Positions 51,293 through 64,000 of a stretch of DNA of 64,000 nt are shown piece after piece. The translations under genes were made by a program, and so were the position numbers. The stretch is from Moniliella sp. 'wahieum' (Eukaryota): the NCBI GenBank assembly GCA_003971905.1, contig RSEE01000013.1, positions 434,001-498,000 on the forward strand, in the 5' to 3' direction. Within the stretch, counting starts at the first letter, position 1; the number at the start of each line of letters is the position of its first letter. The notes beneath the pieces are model-generated. The model saw only the letters and a list, made by a program, of their open reading frames with translations. It was not told the origin of the DNA and made no database searches.

Positions 51293-53834
51293 TTATAGAT
51301 TAGTTCGCCTCCTCTCGTCCTCTTCCTCATCAACATTATCCCCATCAGTGTTGGTGACAGCCTTGCCCTGTACCGTACCACTCATTGGCTTCCTCTTTTT
51401 GCCCTTCTTCTTTTTCTTCCCCGCCGAAGAGATCTCAGCCTGGTCGGTAGCCATCCGCTGACGGAACTGTTCGGCGCGGGAAAGGGGTTTGGTCGGGAGA
51501 GGCAATACGGTGCCATCTACCAGCCCGTCAACGTTGGCAGCAGCCACGGCCGACATGGCTTCGATTTGGAACATCATGTCCCGGTTTAGATCCTTCTGCT
51601 CTGCCAGATCAGCCGCGTTTTGAGCCAATTGGGAACGCAGTGTGCTCGTCTCAGCCTCAGCGACACGCAAGTTGGCTGCGCTGAGCGCTGTAGTGAGCGC
51701 CCGTTCTTGAGCTAGCTTGTCTGCAACCTCGGCCGCCCGATGCGATTGCCTCTCTACCTCCTGAAGTGCTTGCTCCTTTGCCAACGCAGCATTCGTTGCG
51801 CCTTCCTGAGCCTGTTCAAGCAGTTGGCCCAAGTTTTCATGTCGTTCTTGGAGTTCGATCAGATCCTGTTGCGCCGCAAACGCACGTTGCTCGCCTCTTG
51901 ACTGCGGCGCAGCTCAGATCGAAGTGCTGCCTCGTAGTATCTCCGCTGCTTGTCAAGTTGCGAGGAAAGGAGGTAAGAAAATTCGAGTCCAACCGACTCA
52001 AGCTTCTTGGCCGCCGCGGCCTCACCAGATCCATCGCCTTCGCACCGTCCTGCGGCCGCCATGAGCACCGCTTGGGTAGCCGACGCATCCGCCTCGGCCT
52101 CAGCTTTAGCCGCTGCGGCGAACCGCGGACGCGGCGGCATTCGCCAGGATACTCCACCCTTAGGCCCGCTCGTCGTTCCTGTCGAAAGTTCCACCAGACC
52201 GCCATTGTTTTGGGTGCGCAGAAGCCGGTGGACATAGCGGTCTTCGGTGTAGTCCCATACTCGCTGAGTATCGAGTTCGAGCGAGTACCGGTGGCCCGAA
52301 ACTTGGTAATGTGCATGCGCATGGGCGGCGCTGTACCGCCCGCACCCTACTGCCGCACAAAGAAGGCAGACCCACAAGTCGTCCGAGGTGCCGCAGGAAA
52401 CACACCGTGCCGATGCCTGGGCGCGCCATTGGGGCCCGAAGTAACTGCACACGGGGCAGCGGCTGGCACCCCACCGACTGAGGCAGGCACAGTGGAAAGT
52501 GTGTTGGCAAGGGATGGTCATCAAGCCCGAGATACTCGCATCGAGTCGCTCCAGACAGACGGCACATGTTGGCAGCTCTTGCAGTCCTACTGTTACTGCC
52601 CCGCCCACAGGAGGATCAGGATCAAAGCGGGAGGGATGCGGGGGAAGCCCGGCGGCGGCATGCTGCCGCGGACGAGGCATTGCCCCCGGTACGTGACCTG
52701 TATGGGAAATGGTCACGCTGGTCACATAGACCACTTGGCAAATTTCGCTGGGACGGAGAGCGCTGTAGGGCTGCCCATGAAAAAGCTTGTAAACTCCTCT
52801 GCATCGTCCGCATCTCGGAATTTGAGTAACACGATTGCTCGGTTGGGCAGTGTCTCTCTGCAGAAGTTAGCTTTGGTTCATATAGTGGAGAAGGGAGAAA
52901 CGTACCGGATCATGCGCAGGTGACTGATAGCGCCCACGGCCGGCTCAACAAACTCAAGAAAATCGGAGGCAGTCATCGTGGCAGGCACAGCCAAGACGGC
53001 GAGGATGGTGCCCATCTCCTCCGCTGCTGAGGGGAGCAGGAGGAGTGGGTTGGGTCGGGTCCCGGCATCCTGGTCGGCATCGACCCGATCACGAAACAGA
53101 TGAACGACGCCAAACGTCACGTCCGTTGATCCCTTAGTAAAAGAGTCGGAAGATGGGCATGTGGTGAAGGGGAGGCCACATCGTGTGATGCTGAACGTGC
53201 TCTGGGGTGGAACGCAGCCAATGGGCCTTGTGGGGCATCTGACGAGGAACGGTTGCTCTCGCTCGAGGAGCTCTCCGCCGCATCAGCAAACTCGATCTGG
53301 ATCGGACCAAAGCGCAGGTCGACGGAGGATGCAGGGGAGGGCGAGGGGGGGCGGCGTCAAGGTTGTGTATGGTGTTCTCCTCTGCCGATGCGAGCGACTG
53401 AGCGATGTCCGACAACGGAGGAGGGACCTGCGAATCCCCGTAAAGCGGGATACCGGCAAGCTGAGTCATGGCGCGGTGCCTGAGCCACGTGCTTGCGGTG
53501 GCGAGACGGTGTGAGGTGGGAGCCAAACGGGCGGGGAGGGGTGAAAGAGGGGTGGATCGCCAGCAGGGGTACAAAATATGTGCCTTCACGACGCAGGGCA
53601 TCCAGCTCAGCGTCCCAGTCGGGGGGAGAGCAGAGCTTGCTGCTACTGGCGCGCTGCCCGGGCTGTTCTCGTACAAGTCATGTGGACCCGGTATGCTGGA
53701 CCAGCGCCGGGGGGGAGGTGTGGAGGCCGGGGCGGAGGCGCGTGTGTGCGACGGGAAGAGTGAGCCGAGCGTGCCAAGGGGGCTGCGCCGGGGGGTCTAG
53801 AGGGAGACGAGGTGGATGCGGGGGTGCGCGACAT
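51293..53834 (-). CDS. ETP1: BRAP2/IMP-family RING and ZnF-UBP ubiquitin ligase; intron ~52860-52905; start approximate
   Basis: TFGVVHLFRD; ILAVLAVPATMTASDFLEFV (BRAP2 domain); ELPTCAVCLERLDASISGL..CQHTFHCACLSRW..CPVC (RING-H2); LWVCLLCAAVGCGRY..HAHAHY..TQRVWDY (ZnF-UBP); coiled coil with DLAEQ. Confidence 0.93.
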
Positions 53835-54030
53835 GACGAGGGTGGCGAAATAATACGATGAGAAGTGGTGGCGGCGGCGGTGGCGAAACGTTAACGAGGC
53901 AGCCTAGGCTGCGGCCAACTGCCGCAAATTGGATATGGTTGATGGATCATCGATCAGGCAACCCCCGACGTGCGCTTACGTCGGGGCCCTCTGCGCGGGA
54001 GTGTCGCATGTCGCGGTGGCTTGCCACATA

Positions 54031-54065
54031 TGACGTCATGTGGCACGTGCCATGCGCCCCACGTG
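54031..54065. promoter_or_regulatory. CRE (TGACGTCA) plus two CACGTG E-boxes in the ETP1/DED1 divergent promoter
   Basis: TGACGTCA at 54031-54038; CACGTG at 54044-54049 and 54060-54065. Confidence 0.45.
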
Positions 54066-54167
54066 ACGCAGACGCCGCTTGCTGCGGACGCGCCGGGGGC
54101 TGCGCCAATTAACACTGCCCCTCGCTGCCGCCCAATCGCATCCTATCCCCTCCTTTCACTTCCGGAC

Positions 54168-56229
<2,062 letters not shown>

Positions 56230-57491
56230 GATTCTCTTTTTTCCTTCATTTCTCTGTACCGACCTCCATCTCTCTCTCTAATGGGAGGGTATTTCCTCTC
56301 ATGGACACCATCAGTATTTGTATGGCCTCCATGGTGTCAGTCCGTGCGAGCACAGGCGACACATTCTATACTATGTTGGCCCTCCTCACAGTATCAACCA
56401 CACACAGAGAGGGGCTTTTCTCCTTTTTGGTCCCACTATATTACCATCATACGCCCCTGTGGGTATATACCCTAAACTTGGGACCCCACTTATGTCCCTC
56501 TCCTGATCGGTCTCTTTTGGACTTGTGGGGGCAACAATCCATTGGTTTTCTTTGTTAACAATGCCGTCTCTCTCTTCTATACTATAGGGATACACAGGGG
56601 ACCCGTATCGCCCGAATTGCGTTCACGCTGGAAGCATGGCCAGATGAAATCATGTGTCACTGCACGACCCTGCGGCCGAATTGGCGTGTGACGGTTAATA
56701 CAAGTCTTCCATTTCAAGGGAGGAGAAAGCGCGGTGTTGGTGGCCTGACAGGAGCATCGACCTGAAAAGAGGGATAGCCAAGGACACATCCCGCTGAGAT
56801 GTAATCATAGAATATGGCCTCCCTCTGTGTTTTGTTGTGGCGCCTGATTCTACTCTGGTGACTGATAGTACGAAAATCCATTCTCTCCCAAAAACCGGAT
56901 GAGTACGAGTGGTTACGAATAGCCTCTGGTGTGGTATAGACGTACTGTGAGAGCGATAGACAATAGGAAGATGATATCATCCTGAAAATTCTCGACCTTC
57001 ACAAGATCGGCAACGTTGGCCAGGAAGGAGGACTCGCGCCACTCACGTTCCCGCGGACATTGTGAGGCTACGGCTTATGAGCTGATGGCCAGTCCCATGA
57101 GCCCTCCGCTGTTCAGCCTAAAACCTGTTCTGTTTTCCCAGCCTGGTGCTTCCAATCGCACGGATTGGCACGCGTTGTACGTTCGGCTGCTGTTATATTG
57201 GTCGTTGGGTAGACGGTGCGGTGCGCCGGTGTGGGAGGGGGAGGCGGGGGTCGGGCTTCACGCTGATGTGGTCGGAAGAAGCATGTGAACAATTGTACCA
57301 CCGGCAGGCTCTGCGCTCTGGATCCGGTTGTTCGAATGGCGGTCGGACCCGCCGGCGGAGTTGCGCTGGCAATTCCGCCTGCCGCCCCGCTGAGCTGAGC
57401 GGCTGACAATTCTTCCCGTCCGGCGCCCGTCTGCTTCTCCGTAAAGTGCTGCCCACCGCATACGCCCACCGCCAGAGTCGGTCTGCTGGCC

Positions 57492-58925
57492 ATGTCCGCT
57501 GCTCTCCGCTTCGCTCGGCCTGCGCTCCGAGCGCCCGCCACGCCCTCTTGGCCGCCCGCCCTGGCCTGCGCCGTGCCCGGCCGCTGCTCCCCTTGGGCTT
57601 GCTCTCCACCGCACCCGCCCTACTGCTACGGCCCTGCCCGCTCTTGGCCTGGGCACCCTGGGCGCCCCCCTAGTCCCTGGCGCCCGTGCCTTCTCCCTCT
57701 GGCCCTTTGGAAAGTCCAAGGCCCCCGAATCCGAAGCAGTTTGCAGCTGCTCCGGCTGATTCCACCCCAGCGACGAGCGAGGCGGCCGCAGGCGAACCCC
57801 TTTCCTCCGCCGTGGGGGATGCGGTCGAGTCCAGTGCTGGTTCGGCGCCCGAGGTGGCTGCAGCGGCAACCGATGCTGCTACTGCTGCACCCGAGACAGT
57901 GAGTGAGGCAGTGGCTCAGGTGGCGGAGGCGTTGCCCGCCGTGGGCACTGCTGTGCCGGGGGGAGTTTGCTGCGGCGGGCTGCCGAATGGGTACTTGACT
58001 GTGCCTTACTGCCAAGAGTTTCTGGAGTGGCTCGCCGTCTCGACGGGCATGCCATGGTGGGTGGTGATCTTGGGTGTGTCGGTGGCGATTCGGGGTGCCT
58101 TGCTTCCCCTCACGATTTGGGGGAGCGCATGTCGATCACGCTGAACAATGTCCAGCCCAAGATGAAGGCCCTGATGGCCGAGTACAGCTATGCCAAGAAG
58201 CCAACGACCATGCTACGCTGCAAAATCAGGTGCGCGACTGCAGGCGCTACTTACTGCCAACAACATCACCGCCACCACTGCGTTCAAGGCAATGATTCCC
58301 TCCTTCTTGCCAATCCCCGTCTTTGCTACGCTCTTTTTTGCTGTCAACGGCATTGCCAAGGCGGGCCTTGCCTCGATGAGCTACGGTGGCTTGTGTGTGG
58401 ATTCCTGACCTGACCCAGCCGGACCCATACGTATTGCTTCCTATCCTCACCTCAGCCTCGCAGCTCTTGTCCATGGAGCTTTCACGGCAGGTGCAGCCCA
58501 AGGACGAGAACACTCAGCAAAAATTCATGAAGACAGCGTTCCGAATCGGCTGTGCGTGTCGCCGCTGCTGATCAAGAATTGGCCTTCAGGTGTACTGTTG
58601 GTCTGGGCGGTGAATGCGGTGCTGGGTGCGCTGCAGGCTTACGCCCTGCAGCACCCCAGAGCCATCAAGTACTTCGGTCTGCCCAAGCGTGCCGTTGATA
58701 CGCGACCAGTCAACAGCTCTGAAAATACCAAGAGCTTCCTGGAGAAGGGGAAGGACAAGATTATGGGCCTGTTTACCAAGGACCGGGGCATCGTGGTGCG
58801 AGAACGCCAGGCGCAGGAGAGCAGCGCAGTCTGCAAAGCGCCGCGCTGCTCTCGAGCGCTTGGCACCTTCTTCCGGCTTGGCTGGGTCCCGTAACCCTCG
58901 GCGCCCGCCGGCAGGCAAGAAGTAA
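57492..58925 (+). CDS. OXA1: Mitochondrial inner-membrane insertase, YidC/Oxa1 family; frameshifted
   Basis: Arg/Ala/Leu-rich presequence MSAALRFARPALRA; LEWLAVSTGMPWWVVI..IRGALLPL; NNVQPKMKAL; WIPDLTQPDPYVLLPIL; WPSGVLLVW. Confidence 0.85.
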
Positions 58926-60992
58926 CCGCCATAGTCTCAGGTCCCAATGCACACTTATGCTCAAGACCCTCGCCGTGGTTCGAAGTATGCTCACTGCACT
59001 GTACGACCAAGTTCCTTCCATGCTGTTCCACCCGCTTACAAGACAAGTAGGAGTCGAGCACCGAAGCCTGTGCAGTAAGAAATTATCCTTTACCCCAGGG
59101 GAATGCTCGGTCCCTATAGCGCCACAGATTTCGCCGTGGGGAGGGCCTTAGCTACAGAGACGTGTTCACCTGCCTTTTTCTCTTGATTCGGCTGTTCAGG
59201 ACGCAAATCTGTGTTCAGTGCATCCGCACGCATAGAGAGACGGACAGAGAGGCGCGGATGTAGTAGTAGCTGCGTTAGTGCGAAGAGTGGGGGCATCATC
59301 CCATCGTTCCCCTGGTACCGGCAGTGCATGGGAGTGGGGAGTAGGATGAATCAGCCTTTGGTGGTGGGAGTCGAAGCTGTAGCTGTAGCTGATCATTGCA
59401 GCAGCAGCGTTGTGATGTTGACAACAACAGACAATCGGTTGTTTTTGAAAGCACCTGCTGGCGTTCGACGATGCCGCAAAGTACTATGATAATGCGGTTG
59501 GGCTGATGAAGTGGATGTCCTTATTAGCGAAGTCCCGGCCCCAGGGGTATGGATGGTGCTGGTTGGCTGGCAGTGCACCAATAGAGCGGGGTAGTGGGGG
59601 TCGGGCAACGATTGGGGCCGAGAAGGGAGCTAGGGTAACCGGTAATGATACCTGACTGGGCACACAGAGAGGTAATGACGGGAATGGCGGACAGGTGGGC
59701 AAATGCGAAAAGCCTGGAGGCTCTGCTTGACATTTGAAGCCCCAAGTTGAGCTGGTTGGCAGTACCAGGCGGCCCCGTTCCGCCTCTGTTCCGCCTCCGA
59801 GGTGCCTTCCCTTGATTAGCCTGATTGCATCCACGCCATCTCTTCCCCTGCCTTGTTCGTCTCCCACAAATACACTCGCCTGGGTGAGTGGGAAAGGGGC
59901 ACTGTCCGGCTCTGCCCCCTTGCCCTAGCCTGCTTTTCAAATTTCTAACGCTTAGCCTGAGAGCGCTGAGGCTCAGCGCAGCAGCTGGACACTACTCAGA
60001 CTGAGCACTAAGAGTTACTCCGAAGCGTGAAGCTTGAAGCTTGAAGGTTCGGTTTGACGTTAGTAACTGAGTAGTGAGTAATGAGTACTACTGAGTACCG
60101 AGTAAACGTGAAGCTTTAAGCTCTTCAAGCGTCCCGCCCGCTTCAGCTTTGCAAGGAGCATTGAAGTTCACATCCGGTAACCCGGCCCACATACTGATCA
60201 CCTACCGAGTCACCGGGTCAAATCGACAGCCAAACGGCCGTTAAAAACAAAACAAGTCCATTCGTCGATGATCGATGACGATGAGATGATGTCGATGACG
60301 CACATGATGTCCAGGGAGTGGTCCGCGAATGAATTTCTGCTGCTGCAAGGATGCGAACTACCCAAAAGAACATGCCCCACAGAGACAAGTTGCTACGCCT
60401 GTGGTCCTCATTCCGCGGCATACTACACGCATACTCTTCGGTGTAGGAATGCTCCTCAGGAAAGCTCAGGCCTCAGGATGAGAGCCACAGGCACCCTCAT
60501 TTATTCGTAAGATCACAGGCAAACAGCATGAAACCAAGTCCACCTCTCTCTCTACTGTCCCAGGTTGCTGAGAGGTGTTATAGGGAACAGGCTTCAGAGC
60601 GTTAAGCCCCACGTCTGAATCACAGTACACGGTAAATTAGATGGATGGGGACACAATTTTGTTGTACAGGTGAAGATGGAGCATGGGATGACCGGATGGG
60701 ACACAAGAGAGAGGAAAAAGTGATCCAGTGGCAAAGATGGAAGAATGGAGCAGGGAAGGCGCGGCGAGAGTCAATAGAGATGGGCGAGAAATGCAAAGGT
60801 GACAGCAAGGAGAACCTGGACCACTGGATATGCCAAGAGTTGATGGTGACGACGGGGTAGATGTGGCTAATGGGTGCCAACAAGCGAGGCCGTATAGCGG
60901 TGGGAAGAAGAGAGGGGGGAAAGAGAGAGAGAGAGCCAATCAAGGCAGTAGACGCCAGTGCCAATACAAGAAAGAGCACGAAGAACAGACTG

Positions 60993-62070
60993 TCACCTGC
61001 CCGCCATAGGCAGATCCAGCATCTCATCTGGGCAGAAGGGGCGGTACGTTCACCGCCTTCGACCAAATCGGACCAACTGAGTTTTTCGCCTGCAAGGATC
61101 AGGCGGGCACCAGCATGATACTGGCCCAGGAGCACAGCATAGAGGGAACGAAGGTGCTGGTTGACGCGCCACAGGCGCTGCTGCACAATCCGCGCCTCTC
61201 ATCTTCTGATCCTCGTCCACGGCAAACAAGGCGTCCTCGACGACCAAATGAGCGGTCTTGCCTTGGTCAGCAAGGTGCTGGGCACGAGTTTCAGAGTTTG
61301 CTCTTCGAGGAGGAGGGAAAGGCGGGGAGGAACGGCCATGGCCTTGACGCCCCGATCGCCAGGAAGAACGCCGCTCAGTGGTTGCAATCTCGGTGCAGTG
61401 AAAGACGATACGATGGCTGCGGGAATTAGTTGGTCAGACTCAAGCGGGAGAAAGGGAAGGATGAAGTGAACGTACCCATTGGGGCCCTTGGCGTGCTTAG
61501 CAACATTGTGGGTGCAGCGCGCACAAGGAGACACGACATTGTAGCCAACCACTGACCCGCACCCATTGCATCCCAAGGTCTGGGTCAGGCAGTTGCAAGT
61601 CCGTTCCTTGGCCGGAGGCTCGTATCCGCACTCGTCGCCAAGCAGCGTATCGGGGTGGTAGATGGGACTGCAGTTGGCGGGCATTGCGTCGGTACTGAAG
61701 AGCGTAACATGAGGCTTGAGCAGAAGAACCGCCTTCATGCCCCGGTCGGTGAAGAAGGTAGAGCAATGCGCGCAGCGGACGATATAAACTGTCTGCCGCA
61801 TGCCAGCCTTCTCATTACTGGAGATGGGGCGCTGGTGGATACTGGGGTTGGAGGGGACCGAACGCTGGGCAGGCGGTGAGGGCAAGGGGGGGCGAAACGT
61901 TTCCGGGCGGGAGGGGCATGTCGTACAGCGTGGAGAGCGAGGAACTGACCGAGGCAGAGACGAGGGGCGGAGGGGAGGCGCGCGCCTGTTGGAGCCAAGG
62001 GGTGGCGAGATTGTCGTCGTAGCAGGGCGGAAAGTGAGCGGTGGATGCTGCATCGCAAGCTGGATGCCAT
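60993..62070 (-). CDS. FAM72-family Cys-rich (Yippee-like) protein; intron near 61400-61474
   Basis: VYIVRCAHCSTFFTDRGMKAVLLLKPHVTLFSTDAMP; RTCNCLTQTLGCNGCGSVVGYNVVSPCARC. Probable end MAGR* at 60993. Confidence 0.85.
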
Positions 62071-62685
62071 GGAAGGAGAGTTGAGCTAGTGATGGAAGTT
62101 GGAGAAGAAGGAGAATGCATGGCAGACGACGGGGGGGTTATATGAGGAAAAAGGTAGTTACTATCAGGGAGGAAGGGGCTGTGCAAACCAAGCCTATGCA
62201 GCCACGAGCGTCACGCATGACGACACACACACGATCAGCGATCCGCAATCAGCGATCAGCTGCCGACTATCCTCCACTGGCTCGGCCAGTGCCTTTCTGC
62301 TGCCGGTCGCAGCGGCATTTCACACGTTGGATGTCACATGTCACATGCCGCACGTCACAGGCATCACACGTCAGATCTCAGGATCTCAGAATCGAATCTG
62401 AGACACAATGCAGTGACTGGGAGCTTGGCTCTGCTCAGCCTGAGCGCTGAGGCTCAGCCCTCCCTCGTCTGCTCCCGGGGGAATCGCCACGAGAGACAGC
62501 ACTCAAGCCGAGGGCCGAGCAGTCGGTCCAGTGCCTCGGATCATCGATCACTCGATCACTACTCGTAACGCGTAACTTGAGGGCGTTGCAGATTCCAGGA
62601 GGACCACAAAAGCACCCGAGAAGCCAATAATGTGACGTGCTGAAAAGTATAGTCACCTCACTTCACCTATGGACACGAGGAATGC

Positions 62686-62730
62686 ATGGTGTATGGTGTA
62701 TGGTGGGTGTATGGTGTATGGTGTATGGTG
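62686..62730 (+). repeat. (ATGGTGT)n heptamer tandem repeat, about 6 units with one interruption
   Basis: atggtgt atggtgt atggtgg gtgt atggtgt atggtgt atggtg. Confidence 0.85.
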
Positions 62731-64000
62731 CACTTTGTTCCATAACAGCAGTGCTGCACTAAGCCTTATGCCGCTTTTTCCGAACGTGTACAACAGTGCC
62801 GGCGGTTTGCCCTAGGAGGCTAGTGGTTGCCCATTGCTGCCTGGGGCTACTTCAGGCTACTCCCTGGATTCATGACATCATGCATAGGACGTCCGCGTTA
62901 CTGAACCTTCATCGACTTCATCGATCATCATTAACACATGCATCATGCATCATTAATCATTATCATTAATCATTCTTGAAGCTAAAATTAGTCGCCAGTC
63001 TCAGTTCACCCTATTCTTAGTTTCTCATTTCCTCCGCATGGTGGCTGTGGCATGTCCCCATGTCATGCATCACACATCATACATCACTCATGACTGTCAC
63101 CTGTTGCGCATCTGCATCACCGGCCACCGCACATTGGTCACCGGCCCTTGGTCCCCGTTTTGCTTGTTCCACATAGTGTGTGCATAATGTTTGTCACACA
63201 ACGGCATCTTCACACTTCATCACATGGGCCTCTGAAGTATTACTGAAAGTAGGGAGAAATAACACAGAAGCGCTGCAATTCTGTGACTGGTAACCAGTAA
63301 CGGTAAGCGGTAAGCGGTAGCCACCCTCTGTATCCACCATCTTTCTCGGCCTCCCGTGCCACATGCCTCCTGCGTTATCCTTTCGCGTAGACTCGTGTCG
63401 GGCTATGGAAAAGATGATCCGACGATCAACGTCCAACCTTCTCATGATTTTCCCTCTCTCTTTTCGGCGATTTCAAGAAGCTGCCATACCATATTGGATG
63501 GAATAAGCCTTCGGTTTTTACCATCAACAGTAGCGCCAACACAGAGCATTAAAAAAGCTAAGGTATTATACAACGACTCTTCTGTAAATTGGGTACTTAT
63601 CTTCCATCTCTTTCCTCTAACTATGCATTATACAGTGGTATAGCAAAGTACAGCGCATCAGGGCCGGCGAGGGCATGTATAATACATGTGTTGTGCGCAT
63701 ATACTCTTCTCAGGTCTCCCACAACGTCTCTCGTCATCCGTTTGTCACGCAGTTCTTCTCGGCCGTTGTCACTGTGTTCTATATTATGCATGCAGGGTAT
63801 ATGGAGTAACTAGTAATGACGCGTTGGATTACCCGCTCTGCGCACTTTGATCTACATATCTACATGAATACTTATCCCCTCCCTGCGGCCCATACGGGCT
63901 TCCGGGCCTAGTGTCAAAGGCTTCAAGCTCCAAGCTTAATGAGCGCTGAGCTTCGAAGTCCCAAGCGTCTGTTGACATGGACTTGAAAGAGGCACACAAG

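Noticed and set aside
51766..52923. Long antisense or shadow ORFs (also 30707-31612, 37080-37790, 22164-23033, 2929-3468)
   Set aside because: They overlap recognised genes on the other strand and are expected from high GC and codon bias.
56700..57110. Possible small minus-strand gene (ESSFLANVADLVKVENFQDDIIFLLSIALT followed by GTACGT)
   Set aside because: No start, family or complete gene structure could be supported.

Overview
Eukaryotic, gene-dense, GC-rich fungal sequence, probably a basidiomycete (judged from protein sequences and short GT..CTRAC..YAG introns). About 23 protein-coding genes are recognisable: a SAPS/Sit4-associated protein (5'-truncated), RPS3, RMD1/DUF155, a small secreted protein, NEO1, PHO13, PEX12, TRM7, a GT8 glycosyltransferase, a monoglyceride lipase, CBK1, PTC1, an AhpD-like protein, a sulfotransferase-like protein, DUF4604, eEF1B-gamma, an LSB1/PIN3-like SH3 protein, a Zn2Cys6 factor, ETP1/BRAP2, DED1, OXA1, FAM72 and two orphans. 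Nearly all are broken by frameshifts, most likely errors in an unpolished long-read consensus, so coordinates are approximate. Two RNA features stand out: snR38 in the eEF1B-gamma intron, and an apparently non-coding spliced gene divergent from RPS3 with an unidentified C/D-box snoRNA candidate in its second intron. The most unusual signal is in the intergenic DNA, which is full of period-7 chains made of an A-NNNN-T palindrome plus one spacer base. Many different hexamers are used, always joined through a T-N-A junction, and they are densest in an ~8 kb gene-poor stretch at 43.3-51.2 kb. All assignments are by eye from motif recognition; no searches were run.
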